A DNA stretch of 64,000 bases from Candidatus Poribacteria bacterium (GTDB taxonomy: Bacteria > Poribacteria > WGA-4E > PCPOR2b). A program made the position numbers and the translations under genes. Location of the stretch: NCBI GenBank assembly GCA_965204355.1, contig OZ241983.1, positions 500,483 through 564,482 on the forward strand. Direction: 5' to 3'. The notes below the pieces were generated by a model. That model was not told the DNA's origin, did no database searches, and saw only the letters and a list, made by a program, of their open reading frames with translations. How positions within the stretch are numbered: the stretch's first letter is position 1; each line of letters opens with the position of its first letter. Positions 1-11,160 of this stretch are shown piece by piece.

Positions 1-296
1 GTGACAATGTCATCGGTATGGACTCGCAGCCGAATCTCTTTAAGGTTAAGGAGAACTTGCGTGACATCCTCTTTCATTCCGTCCAGCGTCGAGAACTCAT
101 GCTTCACCCCATCAATAGCAACGGCAATCACGGCGGCCCCTTGGATTGAAGAAAGCAAGACGCGTCTTAGCGAGTTACCAATAGTCGTTCCAAATCCTCG
201 CTCAAGTGGTTCGGCAATAAATTTCCCATAACCAGGTTGCAAGGTCTCGAGGTCGGTAACGAGGTGGTTTGGCTTGGTGATTTCCCTCCCTGTCAT
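1..296 (-). CDS. rpoA: DNA-directed RNA polymerase alpha subunit, N-terminal part (runs off window start)
   Basis: Reverse-strand translation from the ATG at 296 gives [56 protein letters not shown]..., the classic RpoA N-terminal domain. It lies just downstream of rpsD, as in alpha operons. No stop codon before position 1. Confidence 0.75.
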   Translation of the reverse strand, partial: MTGREITKPNHLVTDLETLQPGYGKFIAEPLERGFGTTIGNSLRRVLLSSIQGAAVIAVAIDGVKHEFSTLDGMKEDVTQVLLNLKEIRLRVHTDDIV

Positions 297-324
297 CTAT
301 CTTATCCTCCTACAAGTGGCTGTG

Positions 325-951
325 TTATTTGGAGTAAAGTTCAACGATTAACTGTGTTTGGAGGTCTATGGCAAGTTGCTCGACGTTTGGAAACGTCCTA
401 ACAACGCCCTCTTGTTTCTCTTTATCCAACTCAAGCCAATCTGGTGTACCCCGGTGTTCAGAACGTTCTAACGCTTCTTGAATAGCCGCCACGTTACGAC
501 TTTTCTCTCGTGTTTGAATAACATCGCCAAGTTGTATCAGGTAAGAGGGAATATTAACTCTTTTTCCGTTCACAAGGAAATGATTATGTGTAACGAGTTG
601 TCGAGCCTGCAAGCGTGAATTAGCAAAACCGAGCCGGTAAACCACGTTGTCCAACCGACGCTCCAACAGTGTTAGCAAATTCTCCCTTACAACGCCCTTC
701 TGATGTGCAGCTTTTGTATAGTAGTTTTTAAAAGGTTTTTCTAAAATACTGTAGATGCGCTTCGATTTCTGCTTGATGCGTAATTGGCGTCCGTAATCTT
801 TGACTTTAGGCAGTTTCTGGCCGTGTTGACCGGGCGGATAACTACGACGCTCAAATGAACACTTCGGAGAATCGCAGCGTTGTCCCTTCAGGAAAAGTTT
901 TTCACCTTCTCTTCGACATAATTTACATACAGAACCTAGATATTTGCTCAT
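325..951 (-). CDS. rpsD: 30S ribosomal protein S4 (C4 zinc-finger form)
   Basis: 208-aa ORF with N-terminal [23 protein letters not shown] zinc ribbon and the conserved S4 body; position in alpha operon. Confidence 0.9.
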   Translation of the reverse strand: MSKYLGSVCKLCRREGEKLFLKGQRCDSPKCSFERRSYPPGQHGQKLPKVKDYGRQLRIKQKSKRIYSILEKPFKNYYTKAAHQKGVVRENLLTLLERRLDNVVYRLGFANSRLQARQLVTHNHFLVNGKRVNIPSYLIQLGDVIQTREKSRNVAAIQEALERSEHRGTPDWLELDKEKQEGVVRTFPNVEQLAIDLQTQLIVELYSK

Positions 952-1009
952 TCTTTTCTGGTTAAACTAGGACCATTTCCCCCTTTCTTAAAATCCCAAT
1001 TTTCAAACA

Positions 1010-1402
1010 TTAGACGCGACGCCGTTTGGGCGGTCGACAACCGTTATGAGGAATTGGGGTTACGTCTTTCATCGCAGTAATTTCTAGCCCAGCTGCTGAG
1101 AGGGATCGAATTGCGGACTCTCTGCCGGACCCTGGTCCTTTGACCCTTACCTCAACGCGTTTCATACCATGCTCCATCGCTTTCCTAGCACAAGTTTCCG
1201 CTGTTTGTTGGGCAGCAAATGGGGTAGATTTCCGAGAACCTCGAAAGCTGCTCCCTGCACTTGCCCAAGCGATCGCATTTCCGTTGAGATCGGTGATCGT
1301 TATGATCGTATTATTAAAGGTTGCTTGGATATGAGCGATTCCTTCAGAAACGTTCTTTCTTTCTCGCCTCCTTGGACGATTAGCGGCACCTGATTCTTGC
1401 AA
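1010..1402 (-). CDS. rpsK: 30S ribosomal protein S11
   Basis: 130-aa ORF with [29 protein letters not shown]... S11 signature; operon context. Confidence 0.9.
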   Translation of the reverse strand: MQESGAANRPRRRERKNVSEGIAHIQATFNNTIITITDLNGNAIAWASAGSSFRGSRKSTPFAAQQTAETCARKAMEHGMKRVEVRVKGPGSGRESAIRSLSAAGLEITAMKDVTPIPHNGCRPPKRRRV

Positions 1403-1440
1403 AACGGGTCTCCTTTCTGAAGCTCAATGCACAGGTGGTA

Positions 1441-1836
1441 TTAACCGCCCTTACGCGCTGCTTCTTTTGCTTTTCTTCCGACTGAAATGGTCTTTGCTTT
1501 CCCTTTGCGCGTCCGTGCGTTAGTGCTCGTCCGCTGTCCTCGTGCCGGCAACTGTCGACGATGACGCAGCCCGCGATAGCTATTGATATCCATCAACCGT
1601 TTGATATTTAACTCGACTTCACGTCGTAGGTCCCCTTCAACCTTGTAATCTTGGTTAATGGTTTCTCTTAACCGGCTGATTTCAGATTCATCAAGATCTT
1701 GGGACTTTTTGGCGGGGTCAATATTTAGATCTTCGACCATTCTTGAAGCGGTATGGCGCCCAATACCAAAAATGTAGGTCAGGGCAACATCGATTCTTTT
1801 CGTTCGGGGTAAATCAACACCAGCAATTCTTGCCAT
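1441..1836 (-). CDS. rpsM: 30S ribosomal protein S13
   Basis: [26 protein letters not shown]... canonical S13 N-terminus; Lys/Arg-rich tail. Confidence 0.9.
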   Translation of the reverse strand: MARIAGVDLPRTKRIDVALTYIFGIGRHTASRMVEDLNIDPAKKSQDLDESEISRLRETINQDYKVEGDLRREVELNIKRLMDINSYRGLRHRRQLPARGQRTSTNARTRKGKAKTISVGRKAKEAARKGG

Positions 1837-1869
1837 GTTTTTTTCCTCCTTGCGGGCTAGGTAAAGCGC

Positions 1870-1986
1870 TTAACCTTGTCTTTGCTTATGCTTTGGATCC
1901 GCAGTGCAGATAACGCGGATAACACCTTTTCTCTTAATAACCTTGCACTGATTACACATTTTCTTTACTGAGGCACGGACTTTCAT
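1870..1986 (-). CDS. rpmJ: 50S ribosomal protein L36
   Basis: Not in the ORF track (38 aa). Manual reverse translation gives [38 protein letters not shown], the canonical zinc-binding L36, between secY and rpsM. Confidence 0.85.
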   Translation of the reverse strand: MKVRASVKKMCNQCKVIKRKGVIRVICTADPKHKQRQG

Positions 1987-2013
1987 CATCTCTCCTTTAC
2001 TGAAAAGTGAGCC

Positions 2014-3360
2014 CTATCTTGTGCGGCGTCCCCTCACACGTCTATCCTTCAGGAACCCGTCGTAATGTCTCATTGTCAAATAGGATTCAATTTGTGACAC
2101 TGTATCTAACACAACGCCGACAACGATTAGGATTGAGGCACCACTGATTAATGCGCCAGTGCCTAGCCATCCTTGCAGGAGTAAAGGGAAGACCGCAATA
2201 GCGGCGAGGAATACCGCACCGGGTAAAGTAATTCTGGTTAAGGTATCGTTAATATAGTCTGCGGTCCTCTTTCCCGGTCGAATTCCCGGAATAAATCCGC
2301 CATACTTCCTCAAGTCCTCCGCCATTTGGACAGGATTAATCTGAACGGCTGTGTAGAAATATGTGAAACCGATAATCAGAAGGGCGTAGACCACCCAATA
2401 TAAGGGGCTGGTTGCACTGAAAACTGCGATAAGTCCCCCAATCCATGCCCATGTAGGAAATTGGCTTTGCATAAGTCCCAGGACTGTTGAAGGGAATTGC
2501 ATCAGGGTAACGGCGAAAATAATCGGAATCATGCCAGCTGCGTTAACACGGAGCGGAATATGCGTTGCTTGTCCTCCCATCACTTTACGTCCTACAACTC
2601 GCCGTGCATACTGGACAGGAATTTTGCGGACACAGAAGGTGATGAACACGGTTCCCATAATCGCCACAACTCCCAGAGCAAGGAAGATAACCAGTTTCGG
2701 AAGGTCAATTTGACGATTAAGGAGTTGGTTGAATATAGTTTGGATTCCACCCGGCATACCCGATAGGATACCGATTGTAATAATTAGGGAGATACCTTGA
2801 CCAATACCTCGTTCGGTGATCTGTTCGCCGAGCCACATAACGAAAGATGTGCCAGCCATCAGGGTAATCATAGTTAGCAAGGTCCACCAGATGCCTGGAT
2901 TCGTTACGATCTGAATGTTCTCACTGCTGATAACGGCACCGGGCCTTTGCAACAGCAGGCTAATCATGACGCCTTGGATGGCACTAAGAATAACGGTGGC
3001 ATAGCGTGTATATTGGGTAATTTTCTTTCGTCCGTCCGGTTCTTTGGAAAGTTTCTCAAGGAAAGGGATAACGACGGTCAGGAGCTGCATAACAATTGAC
3101 GCACTGATATACGGTTGAATACCGAGTGCGAAGATTGTCATCTGCTTAAATGCACCGCCAGAAAAGAGATCAACGAAGTCAAGGACACTGCCACCTGCTC
3201 GACCTCTGAAGCTATCGAAAAACTTTTCTAATTCGATATCATCAATGCCAGGGAGTGTGATATGGGCACCCAATCGGTAAACGATTAGCATTAGCGCTGT
3301 AAAGATAATCCGCTGCCGAAGTTCTGGAATTTTGAAAGCGTTTTGGAATGCCTTAATCAC
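2014..3360 (-). CDS. secY: preprotein translocase subunit SecY
   Basis: 448-aa polytopic membrane protein with SecY hallmarks (IFALGIQPYISASI..., many TM segments); location between rplO and rpmJ. Confidence 0.92.
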   Translation of the reverse strand: MIKAFQNAFKIPELRQRIIFTALMLIVYRLGAHITLPGIDDIELEKFFDSFRGRAGGSVLDFVDLFSGGAFKQMTIFALGIQPYISASIVMQLLTVVIPFLEKLSKEPDGRKKITQYTRYATVILSAIQGVMISLLLQRPGAVISSENIQIVTNPGIWWTLLTMITLMAGTSFVMWLGEQITERGIGQGISLIITIGILSGMPGGIQTIFNQLLNRQIDLPKLVIFLALGVVAIMGTVFITFCVRKIPVQYARRVVGRKVMGGQATHIPLRVNAAGMIPIIFAVTLMQFPSTVLGLMQSQFPTWAWIGGLIAVFSATSPLYWVVYALLIIGFTYFYTAVQINPVQMAEDLRKYGGFIPGIRPGKRTADYINDTLTRITLPGAVFLAAIAVFPLLLQGWLGTGALISGASILIVVGVVLDTVSQIESYLTMRHYDGFLKDRRVRGRRTR

Positions 3361-3807
3361 TTAAATCACCTCGATACTACCACCAGTTGATTCTATCTTT
3401 TGAACAGCAGACTTTGAGAATCGGTGTCCCTGCACCGTTAATTGCTTTTCCAGATGACCTTCTCCAAGAATCTTGATTTTTCCATCTCTCTTTTTTGTAA
3501 TGCCAGCTTCCCGCAAAATCTCTGGGGTAATCGTTGTCCCATTGTCAAAATGATTTAGTGTCTGGATATTTACAACTTCATATTCAATTCGTTGATGTGC
3601 AATTCTTCTGGGACCACGCTTAGGCAAACGTCTGACTAATGGCATCTGTCCACCTTCAAACCAAGCGGGAATAGAGGCACCAGCACGGGATTTTTGCCCT
3701 TTGTGACCGCGGCCACAGGTTTTGCCCCAACCTGAACTTTCGCCACGTCCGACGCGCTTCCGGTCACGCGTCGAGTTTTCTGCAGGTTTGAGTTCGTTTA
3801 ATTTCAT
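3361..3807 (-). CDS. rplO: 50S ribosomal protein L15
   Basis: MKLNELKP...RVGRGESSGWGKTCGRGHKGQKSR... L15 glycine-rich motif; abuts secY. Confidence 0.9.
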   Translation of the reverse strand: MKLNELKPAENSTRDRKRVGRGESSGWGKTCGRGHKGQKSRAGASIPAWFEGGQMPLVRRLPKRGPRRIAHQRIEYEVVNIQTLNHFDNGTTITPEILREAGITKKRDGKIKILGEGHLEKQLTVQGHRFSKSAVQKIESTGGSIEVI

Positions 3808-3926
3808 TGATAACTACTCCATTTTGTGGATTGGTGATTACGATTAGAAGTCCCTGTCTTTATTTCAGGGGTAAATTTTCCGAGTGAATTAGGCGCCCAC
3901 GCAATCGAGGTACTGGGACCAAAAAG

Positions 3927-4436
3927 TTAGTCGAGCAATTCCTCAACTGTTTTCCCACGAAGGCGAGCTACGTCGTTGATGTCCTTTAGACCTTTTAAGG
4001 CTTCCATGGTGGCTTCTGCTGTGTTTTTTACGTTTCGGGAACCGAGTCGTTTCGTCAAGACATCTTGTACACCGGCAAACTCCAGAATGACTCTCGTTCC
4101 AGGTCCGGCGATAATCCCGGTACCGGGACTTGCTGGCTTGAGCAGAACCTTCGCACCGCCATATTTCCCGATGATTTCATGAGGGATGGTGTTTCCTGAT
4201 AAAGGCACACGAATTAGGTTTTTCTTCGCATCAGCGATACTTTTGCCTATGGCAGATGGAATTTCATTTGCGCTCCCAAAGCCAAGTCCGACTACGCCTG
4301 ATTGGTCTCCAACGACAGAAAGTGCGTTGAAACTGGGTGTTCGTCCACCTTTGCGAACACGCATCACACGGTTGATATCTATTGGGCGCTCCTCAAATTC
4401 AAATTCATTGGAATTTATTCTTTCCCTCAAAAGCAA
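3927..4436 (-). CDS. rpsE: 30S ribosomal protein S5
   Basis: 169-aa ORF with S5 dsRBD and C-terminal domain motifs ([22 protein letters not shown]..., [18 protein letters not shown]). Confidence 0.9.
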   Translation of the reverse strand: MLLRERINSNEFEFEERPIDINRVMRVRKGGRTPSFNALSVVGDQSGVVGLGFGSANEIPSAIGKSIADAKKNLIRVPLSGNTIPHEIIGKYGGAKVLLKPASPGTGIIAGPGTRVILEFAGVQDVLTKRLGSRNVKNTAEATMEALKGLKDINDVARLRGKTVEELLD

Positions 4437-4475
4437 TTCTCCTTCATGATCAAGTGTCAGTTCATCTTACGAATT

Positions 4476-4844
4476 TCAGAATCGGAGTCCCTCTTCTCTG
4501 GCGGCATCTGCAAGTGCTTTAATCCTACCGTGATAGAGGTTTCCACCGCGGTCGAAGATCACCGATTCAATTTGATGTTCTTTTGCTTGGCGAGCGATTA
4601 ATGTGCCCACCTGTTGCGCTGCGTTGATGTTGCCTTGTGTTGACAGATTATCCTTCAACTCTGGTGATAGGGTTGAGGCTGCAATAAGCGTGTTACCGGC
4701 TTCGTCATCAATAATTTGGGCGTAAATATGTTTCAGACTTTTGAACACCGAAAGCCTCGGTCTTTCCCTTGTGCCGATTATTTTTTTTCGTATCCGCTTC
4801 TGCCGTTTCTGCCTTGCGATGTATTTTGCCTTAGACGGATCCAA
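4476..4844 (-). CDS. rplR: 50S ribosomal protein L18
   Basis: 122-aa ORF with [34 protein letters not shown]..., typical of L18. Confidence 0.9.
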   Translation of the reverse strand: MDPSKAKYIARQKRQKRIRKKIIGTRERPRLSVFKSLKHIYAQIIDDEAGNTLIAASTLSPELKDNLSTQGNINAAQQVGTLIARQAKEHQIESVIFDRGGNLYHGRIKALADAAREEGLRF

Positions 4845-4958
4845 TGATTATTCCTCCAACATTAATAAAAAAGGATTGACAAATCCGGCGACGATGGTTT
4901 TGGCTTGCCGACTTGTAAATCCTTTAGTCTGCAAAAATATAGCAATTAAGCTGCTACC

Positions 4959-5525
4959 CTACACTCCAGTTTTACCTTCCTTCATGCGGACGCGTTCGCC
5001 TTCGTAACGGAGTCCTTTGGAAGGTTCGTAGACTTCGGGTTTCTTGATTTGACGGATTGAAGCGGCAACCTGACCAACGAGTGCCTTGTCAATACCGCTC
5101 ACCGTTATTGGTGTGTGAGGTTGTCCTCCCACAGTCTCGGAATCACCGACGCTTAGGGTTATACCTTCGGGAGGCTCATAGGTTACTGGATGAGAATACC
5201 CAACATTTAAGATCAAACGTTTCTGACGGTCTACTTCCGCACGATATCCAACGCCGACGAGGATGAGTTTCTTTTCAAAACCTTCAGTGACACCTGTTAC
5301 CATGTTGGCGATGAGACTACGAGCCAATCCGTGTAACGATCGGTGTATTTTCTGATTTGTCAATCTTTCAATCGTGATGGCTTCGTCGCCTAAATTGACT
5401 GCTATGCCTGCGGGAATTGTCCAGTTAAGCGTACCTTTTGGACCTTCAACGGTGATGTCATTTTGGTCCAAAGCTACCTTAACTTTTGAATCCGTCGGAA
5501 TCGGCATTTGTCCTATTCGTGACAT
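4959..5525 (-). CDS. rplF: 50S ribosomal protein L6
   Basis: L6 two-domain sequence starting MSRIGQMPIPTDSKVKVAL. The internal Met was chosen as start (ATG at 5525); the longer ORF extends to 5546. Confidence 0.85.
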   Translation of the reverse strand: MSRIGQMPIPTDSKVKVALDQNDITVEGPKGTLNWTIPAGIAVNLGDEAITIERLTNQKIHRSLHGLARSLIANMVTGVTEGFEKKLILVGVGYRAEVDRQKRLILNVGYSHPVTYEPPEGITLSVGDSETVGGQPHTPITVSGIDKALVGQVAASIRQIKKPEVYEPSKGLRYEGERVRMKEGKTGV

Positions 5526-5555
5526 TATATTCGTCTCCGAATTCAAACTGAAAAA

Positions 5556-5954
5556 TTACCAGATATAACAGAGCACCTCGCCACCAATGCCAGATTTTCT
5601 ACACTCGGTGGCGGTTTTAATCCCTTGCGAGGTCGATAGTATAGCAATCCCTAAATTTCCATACACATTAGGAAGCTGGTCTGCCTTCGCGTATACGCGC
5701 CGTCCTGGTTTGCTAATTCTCTTGAGTCCCGTTATAACCTTTTCTTTGCCTTCGCCATACTTCAAATAGATGCGCAAAATACCTTGCTTGCCGTCATCAA
5801 TCCAACGATAGTTTCGGATATACCCCTCCTCATGTAGGGTGCGGGTAATCTCCATTTTTAGTTTTGATGCGGGTATTTCGACGCGCTCATGCGCAACGAT
5901 ATTCGCGTTGCGAATTCGGGTCAGCATATCCGCAACCGGATCTGTCATTGACAT
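5556..5954 (-). CDS. rpsH: 30S ribosomal protein S8
   Basis: S8 sequence starts at the internal [20 protein letters not shown]... (ATG at 5954). The upstream 68 codons of the 200-aa ORF overlap rpsZ and are not S8-like. Confidence 0.88.
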   Translation of the reverse strand: MSMTDPVADMLTRIRNANIVAHERVEIPASKLKMEITRTLHEEGYIRNYRWIDDGKQGILRIYLKYGEGKEKVITGLKRISKPGRRVYAKADQLPNVYGNLGIAILSTSQGIKTATECRKSGIGGEVLCYIW

Positions 5955-5991
5955 AAGTTTTCTCCTTGTACTCGTGCCGACAAATAATGCA

Positions 5992-6177
5992 CTACCAGCT
6001 TGCCTTTGTGACGCCCGGAATTTTACCCGATCTTGCGAAGAGGCGAAAACAGATTCGGCAAAGATCAAACTTCCGCAGATAACTGCGGGCTCTGCCGCAG
6101 TTGCGACAGCGATTATATTTTCGAACCTGAAACTTTGGGGTTCTTTTTTGCTTGGCAATGAGAGCTTTTGTTGCCAA
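5992..6177 (-). CDS. rpsZ: 30S ribosomal protein S14 type Z (zinc-binding, 61 aa)
   Basis: C-terminal [53 protein letters not shown] matches short-form S14 with CxxC...CxxC. Probable non-ATG start near 6177. Confidence 0.8.
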   Translation of the reverse strand: MATKALIAKQKRTPKFQVRKYNRCRNCGRARSYLRKFDLCRICFRLFARSGKIPGVTKASW

Positions 6178-6226
6178 ATGAAGGCTCCTTTCCTTCGCTA
6201 CTATCAAGGGGGGTGGTATGCACGTA

Positions 6227-6769
6227 TTAAGAGTCTCTAAACGGCATTCCCATCAGGCGCAGTAACTCGCGTCCTTCTTCATCGGTTGGAGCGGTTGTTC
6301 CAATAGTGATATTTAATCCACGAACTTCGCTTATGGTGTCGTATTCGATTTCTGGAAAAATAACCTGTTCCTGGAGGCCCAAGGAATAGTTGCCGCGTCC
6401 GTCAAAGGAATCGGGAGAGAGACCCCGAAAGTCACGGATCTGCGGAAGGACGACGTTGACGAGTTTATTAAAAAATTCGTACATCCTGTCCTGCCGCAAG
6501 GTTGCCTTACAGCCGATAGCCATACCTGTGCGGACCTTGAAGGCTGACACAGATTTCTTTGCGCGGGTAATGACTGCCCGCTGACCACTTATTTGTGTCA
6601 GTTCTTCGGCGGCATTATCCAGAAGTTTCGAATCGTCTATAGCGGCGCCAACTCCCATATTTAGAGTTATCTTGTTAAGTTTTGGCACCTGCATAACATT
6701 TGAATAGTTGAAACGTTGTTGCAATGCAGGGAAGATTTCTTCTTGATAGAAAGATTTAAATTCACTCAT
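6227..6769 (-). CDS. rplE: 50S ribosomal protein L5
   Basis: 180-aa ORF with the canonical L5 sequence (MSEF...[14 protein letters not shown]..., [11 protein letters not shown]). Confidence 0.9.
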   Translation of the reverse strand: MSEFKSFYQEEIFPALQQRFNYSNVMQVPKLNKITLNMGVGAAIDDSKLLDNAAEELTQISGQRAVITRAKKSVSAFKVRTGMAIGCKATLRQDRMYEFFNKLVNVVLPQIRDFRGLSPDSFDGRGNYSLGLQEQVIFPEIEYDTISEVRGLNITIGTTAPTDEEGRELLRLMGMPFRDS

Positions 6770-6821
6770 TCATTCGTACCTTATAGATTGCGGAGTTCCC
6801 TTGAGACAGGTTTGATATCAA

Positions 6822-7172
6822 TTATTCGCGTTCAGCATCCGCGCCACATTTCCTGCATACACGGACACGGTAGTTCTTGGTTCGCCCTCCAATTTCCTTT
6901 TCAACGATGCGCAGCTTTGTCCGCGTCGGGATATTACATTTTGGGCAAATCAGCTTTAAGTTCGCGATATTAATTGTCCCTTCTCTTTCGACAACGCCAC
7001 CTTGTGGTGATTGAGGGCTCGGACGGGTATGCCTTTTAATCATGTGTATCCCTTCAACGGTGGCACGCCGTTTATGCGGAAGCATTTCCAGAACAACGCC
7101 TGTTTTACCCTTATCCTTCCCGGTCAATACTAACACGTGGTCGTTTTTCCTTATGTGAAATCTGGTGTGCAA
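6822..7172 (-). CDS. rplX: 50S ribosomal protein L24 (KOW domain) with unusual Cys4 C-terminal extension
   Basis: N-terminus KNDHVLVLTGKDKGKTGVVL... is the L24 KOW motif. The C-terminus carries CPKC...CRKC instead of the usual tail. Confidence 0.85.
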   Translation of the reverse strand: MHTRFHIRKNDHVLVLTGKDKGKTGVVLEMLPHKRRATVEGIHMIKRHTRPSPQSPQGGVVEREGTINIANLKLICPKCNIPTRTKLRIVEKEIGGRTKNYRVRVCRKCGADAERE

Positions 7173-7194
7173 CAGTACTACCTCCTAGGCGAAT

Positions 7195-7563
7195 TTAAAT
7201 GACCTCTGGTGCTAAAGAGACAATTCGTGCAAATGCTTTTTCTCTGAGTTCACGAGCAACGGGACCGAAAATGCGCGTTCCACGGGGCTGGTCTTGGGCA
7301 TCAATTAAAACGGCAGCATTCTTATCAAATTTAATATAAGAACCATCGAGTCTGCGATGTTCCTTAGTTGCGCGCACGACAACAGCTCGCACAACATCTC
7401 CTTTTCTAACTTGGCTATTTGGATTAGCTTCTTTTACGCTTGCCACAATTACATCGCCAACTCGTGCGTAGCGTCTTCTACTACCGCCGAGCACGCGGAT
7501 ACACATAAGCTGCTTTGCTCCTGTATTATCCGCACAATTCAACAGAGTGTACGCTTGAACCAT
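7195..7563 (-). CDS. rplN: 50S ribosomal protein L14
   Basis: 122-aa [20 protein letters not shown]..., canonical L14. Confidence 0.92.
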   Translation of the reverse strand: MVQAYTLLNCADNTGAKQLMCIRVLGGSRRRYARVGDVIVASVKEANPNSQVRKGDVVRAVVVRATKEHRRLDGSYIKFDKNAAVLIDAQDQPRGTRIFGPVARELREKAFARIVSLAPEVI

Positions 7564-7601
7564 TGGTTGTTACCTTCCTGAGTTTAACCGTGTCTTCCGC
7601 T

Positions 7602-7922
7602 TCACGCATTAACAGATTCTGTTTTGGAAACGATCTGACGAACTTTCCAACGTTTCCGACGGCTGAGTGGACGAACTTCGACAACTTGGACGAGATCGCC
7701 GACACTACACATATTCTGCTCGTCGTGAGCCAGAACCTTGGTGGAGCGTCTCACAATTTTCTTATAAAGGGGATGCTGATAAGTCCGAACAATTTCAACA
7801 GCCACGGTTTTATCCATCCGATCACTTGTAACGGTACCTGTTCTGAGCTTACGATTTCCTCGTTGATGCTTATCCACGCTTTTCCTCTCGTAACTATAGT
7901 TATGGTGAATCTTCAGTGCCAA
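7602..7922 (-). CDS. rpsQ: 30S ribosomal protein S17
   Basis: S17 core (RKLRTGTVTSDRMDKTVAVEIVRTYQHPLYKKIVRRSTKVLAHDE...). The N-terminal ~20 aa are an extension or the start is mis-called; overlaps rpmC by ~23 nt. Confidence 0.8.
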   Translation of the reverse strand: MALKIHHNYSYERKSVDKHQRGNRKLRTGTVTSDRMDKTVAVEIVRTYQHPLYKKIVRRSTKVLAHDEQNMCSVGDLVQVVEVRPLSRRKRWKVRQIVSKTESVNA

Positions 7923-8106
7923 GTTCCCGTAGGCGAAGGATTGTATGGATCCGCGCGATATCCTTCTTAACTTTTTTTAGTTGAGATGTATCCTCAAGTT
8001 GTCCTAATATTCTTCGGAACTTGATGTTGAACGCAGTATCCTTAAAATTCTGGAGGTCGTTTTCTAATTCCTCGGATGATTTGCTGCGCAGCTCATTAGC
8101 GGTCAT
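7900..8106 (-). CDS. rpmC: 50S ribosomal protein L29
   Basis: 68-aa ORF with [49 protein letters not shown], typical of L29. Confidence 0.88.
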   Translation of the reverse strand: MTANELRSKSSEELENDLQNFKDTAFNIKFRRILGQLEDTSQLKKVKKDIARIHTILRLRELGTEDSP

Positions 8107-8113
8107 CGTTTAA

Positions 8114-8521
8114 TTATTCTCCCGTTCGACTGACAAACTTTGTCTCAATCGGCAGTTTGTGGGCTGCTCTTGTCATGGCTTCCTTTGCTACTTCTTCTGA
8201 AACACCACTCAATTCATACAGGATGCGCCCCGGTTTGACGACAGCCACCCAAAACTCCGGAGCCCCTTTCCCGCTTCCCATTCTGGTTTCAGCGGGTTTC
8301 TTTGTTACGGGTTTATGCGGAAAGATTTTGATCCAAACCTTGCCGCCACGGCGCACATGACGTGTGATTGCCTGTCGCGCAGATTCAATTTGGCGGCTCG
8401 TGATCCAACCCGGTTCCATTGCTTTCAAACCATACTCGCCGAAATCTATTCGTGAGCCTCGGTGAGGTGTGCCACGGCGCTTACCGCGTTGCACTTTACG
8501 GTGTAGAATCCGTTTGGGCAT
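8114..8521 (-). CDS. rplP: 50S ribosomal protein L16
   Basis: [49 protein letters not shown]..., canonical L16. Start at the second Met (8521) preferred; the ORF could extend to 8527. Confidence 0.9.
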   Translation of the reverse strand: MPKRILHRKVQRGKRRGTPHRGSRIDFGEYGLKAMEPGWITSRQIESARQAITRHVRRGGKVWIKIFPHKPVTKKPAETRMGSGKGAPEFWVAVVKPGRILYELSGVSEEVAKEAMTRAAHKLPIETKFVSRTGE

Positions 8522-8566
8522 CAACATTTTATGTACTCCTTCTGATTCACACTCGCGAACAAGCGT

Positions 8567-9424
8567 TTACGATTCTCTATTCTGCCGATTGGTTCTACGT
8601 GGTCCCCGTCGCCGCCCCTGATCCCCTCTGCGTCTGGATCTGCCTTCGGATCGCCCTGCCAAATCTGCTTCGTCCTGCCTGTCGGCTGAAAGACGTGCTG
8701 GCCGTCTTTGAGAGGAGTCGGTTGGCACCTGCGTAGCACGACCGGAAGGGGAATCGGCTCCGGGAAGTTCCGGCTTACCAATAATCTCCCCTTTAAAGAT
8801 CCACGTTTTAATACCAATCTTACCGTATGTTGTATCGGCTTCAGCGAAGCCGTAATCAATATTTGCTCTGAGCGTATGCAGCGGTACTCTGCCTTCAATA
8901 TTTGCTTCTGAGCGTGCCATTTCTGCGCCGCCAAGCCGACCACCGATACTAATTTTAACGCCTTGAGCACCGGCTTTCATTGAAGCGATAATACTTTTCT
9001 TCATTGCCTGCCTAAAGTTAGATCGACGTACAATTTGCAGTGCCACTGCTTCGGCAACAAGTTGAGCATCTAATTCAGGGCGCTTAATTTCAGTGACATT
9101 AATCCGGACAGTTTTTTCAGCGTTTGAACCTGAATCTTCCTGCAGGATTTTCTCTAAATCCGCTTGTAACTTTTCCGCTTCAACACCACGCCGTCCAATG
9201 ACGATACCGGGACGTGCTGTGTGTATATGAATATTACACCTATCACCGACTCTTTCGATTTCGATACGAGAAATGCCGGCACGTGACAATCTTTCCTTAA
9301 TGAACGACTGAATTTTCAAATCCTCATGAAGCCATTGGGCATACTCTTTCTCGTTGTACCATCTCGAATCCCAATGCTCAATGATGCCTAGGCGTAATCC
9401 ACGCGGGTGCGTTTTCTGTCCCAC
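8567..9424 (-). CDS. rpsC: 30S ribosomal protein S3 with long Arg/Gly-rich C-terminal extension
   Basis: KH and S3-C domains ([23 protein letters not shown]...), then a ~60-aa low-complexity [46 protein letters not shown] tail. Confidence 0.9.
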   Translation of the reverse strand: MGQKTHPRGLRLGIIEHWDSRWYNEKEYAQWLHEDLKIQSFIKERLSRAGISRIEIERVGDRCNIHIHTARPGIVIGRRGVEAEKLQADLEKILQEDSGSNAEKTVRINVTEIKRPELDAQLVAEAVALQIVRRSNFRQAMKKSIIASMKAGAQGVKISIGGRLGGAEMARSEANIEGRVPLHTLRANIDYGFAEADTTYGKIGIKTWIFKGEIIGKPELPGADSPSGRATQVPTDSSQRRPARLSADRQDEADLAGRSEGRSRRRGDQGRRRGPRRTNRQNRES

Positions 9425-9495
9425 TAAAACCTCCTCATCAAAATTCAGTTAGGCAAAGGTTGCGGAGCGGCGGAGGTAAAGGAATATACATCATT

Positions 9496-9861
9496 CTATT
9501 CATCTTCGCCTTCTTCTTCCTCGTCTAGTACGACCGTGATATGGCATCTACGATGTAGGATTCTGTTTGCCATACCGCGTGCCCGTGGGCGAAACCATCT
9601 TCGGGTAATGCCATCGTTGACGACAATCTGTTTGATAACTAGATTGGTTTCATCAATAGTGACACCCTGTTGTTGTGCGTTATATCGTGCATTCGCAGTA
9701 GCTGATTGAATTAGTTTGCGAATTACGGGGGAGGCCGCTTTATGTGTAAATGTCAGTTGGTTTATTGCCTCTTCGACATACTGATCTTTAACTAAATCAG
9801 CGACCAGACGCGCTTTACGCGGGGCGATCGGCACGTTTCGGATGCTTGCTCGAGCTTCCAT
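9496..9861 (-). CDS. rplV: 50S ribosomal protein L22 (acidic C-terminal tail)
   Basis: MEARASIRNVPIAPRKARLVADLV... L22; ends in EEEEGEDE. Confidence 0.9.
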   Translation of the reverse strand: MEARASIRNVPIAPRKARLVADLVKDQYVEEAINQLTFTHKAASPVIRKLIQSATANARYNAQQQGVTIDETNLVIKQIVVNDGITRRWFRPRARGMANRILHRRCHITVVLDEEEEGEDE

Positions 9862-9972
9862 GTCAAGAATCTCCTAAATTAGCTTGAGCATTTGTACTAA
9901 CTTCCGCTCATCATCTCGATTTCTCAACGGGGGAGTACAAGAATCGAGTTTGTTTTAGCAGTCGAGTATATT

Positions 9973-10239
9973 TTATCTCCCACCACTCGCATGCGCTCTG
10001 AATGTTCGAGTGGGAGAAAATTCACCTAATTTGTGTCCCACCATGTTTTCTGTAATATAAACGGGAAAGAATTTCTTGCCGTTATGAATGGCGAGCGTAT
10101 GACCAATCAGTTCCGGAGTCACCATAGATCTGCGTGACCATGTGCGAATCACACGTTTTGTTCCAGACCGATTCATCTCATCAATTTTTTTGAGAAGTTT
10201 CGGATCTATGTAGGGCCCTTTTTTCACAGAACGGGGCAT
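9973..10239 (-). CDS. rpsS: 30S ribosomal protein S19
   Basis: [19 protein letters not shown]...[29 protein letters not shown], canonical S19. Confidence 0.92.
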   Translation of the reverse strand: MPRSVKKGPYIDPKLLKKIDEMNRSGTKRVIRTWSRRSMVTPELIGHTLAIHNGKKFFPVYITENMVGHKLGEFSPTRTFRAHASGGR

Positions 10240-10297
10240 GATATACCTCCTGAAGATCGGAAAAAACTACGCAAAGCGTTTTGTCAATCGAGGCAAA

Positions 10298-11122
10298 TTA
10301 CTTCCGACGACTGACAATATAGCGCCCCGATCGTTTTTTAGGATCTCTTGTCTTATATCCTTTAGTTGGAACTCCCCACGGTGTTACGGGGTGTCTTCCA
10401 CCAGCACTTTTTCCTTCGCCACCACCATGCGGGTGATCGTGTGGATTCATCGCTACACCGCGCACTTTAGGACGATGCCCCTTCCATCGATTTCGTCCTG
10501 CTTTACCGATGGTTAGGTTTGCATGGTCAAGGTTACCGACCTGCCCAATCGTTGCCATACATTGCACCGGAAGTAGACGGACTTCGCCGGAGGGCATTTG
10601 AATCCGCGCATACTTTCCTTCACGATCTACTAGCTGTGCCACGGCGCCTGCGCTCCGTACCAGTTGGCCCCCTTTCCCCGGCTGCATTTCTATATTATGT
10701 ATCGATGTGCCGAGTGGGATCCTTTCAAGTGGCATAGCATTGCCAACTTTGATGGGCGCATCTGGGCCAGCATTTAATTCATCATCGACTTGTAATCCGA
10801 GAGGTGCGATGATATAACGTTTTTCTCCATCGGCGTAATGGAGTAGGGCAATACGGGCAGATCTACTGGGGTCATACTCGATTGAGGTGACTTTGGCAGG
10901 GATGCCAAACTTATCGCGCTTAAATTCGATATTTCGATACCGTCGTTTATGGCCGCCACCGCGCCTGCGGACAGTCATACGTCCGAGCGTGTTGCGTCCG
11001 CCCTTTTTGTTCAACCCCTTTGTTAACGATTTTTCGGATTGTCGCCGGGTCACTTCTTCAAAAGCATCCCCTGTTATAAATCGGCGACTGGGTGTGACGG
11101 GTGAATATGTTTTAACTGCCAC
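10298..11122 (-). CDS. rplB: 50S ribosomal protein L2
   Basis: 274-aa [18 protein letters not shown]... with the conserved GHK and GGGEGK regions. Confidence 0.93.
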   Translation of the reverse strand: MAVKTYSPVTPSRRFITGDAFEEVTRRQSEKSLTKGLNKKGGRNTLGRMTVRRRGGGHKRRYRNIEFKRDKFGIPAKVTSIEYDPSRSARIALLHYADGEKRYIIAPLGLQVDDELNAGPDAPIKVGNAMPLERIPLGTSIHNIEMQPGKGGQLVRSAGAVAQLVDREGKYARIQMPSGEVRLLPVQCMATIGQVGNLDHANLTIGKAGRNRWKGHRPKVRGVAMNPHDHPHGGGEGKSAGGRHPVTPWGVPTKGYKTRDPKKRSGRYIVSRRK

Positions 11123-11160
11123 GCTAAATCCCTCCTAAGTAAGCCTTCAAACACGCGCCG

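Noticed and set aside
8521-8970. 149-aa minus-strand ORF overlapping rpsC in another frame
   Set aside because: It is an alternative-frame read-through of the rpsC/rplP junction. S3 and L16 fully account for the region.
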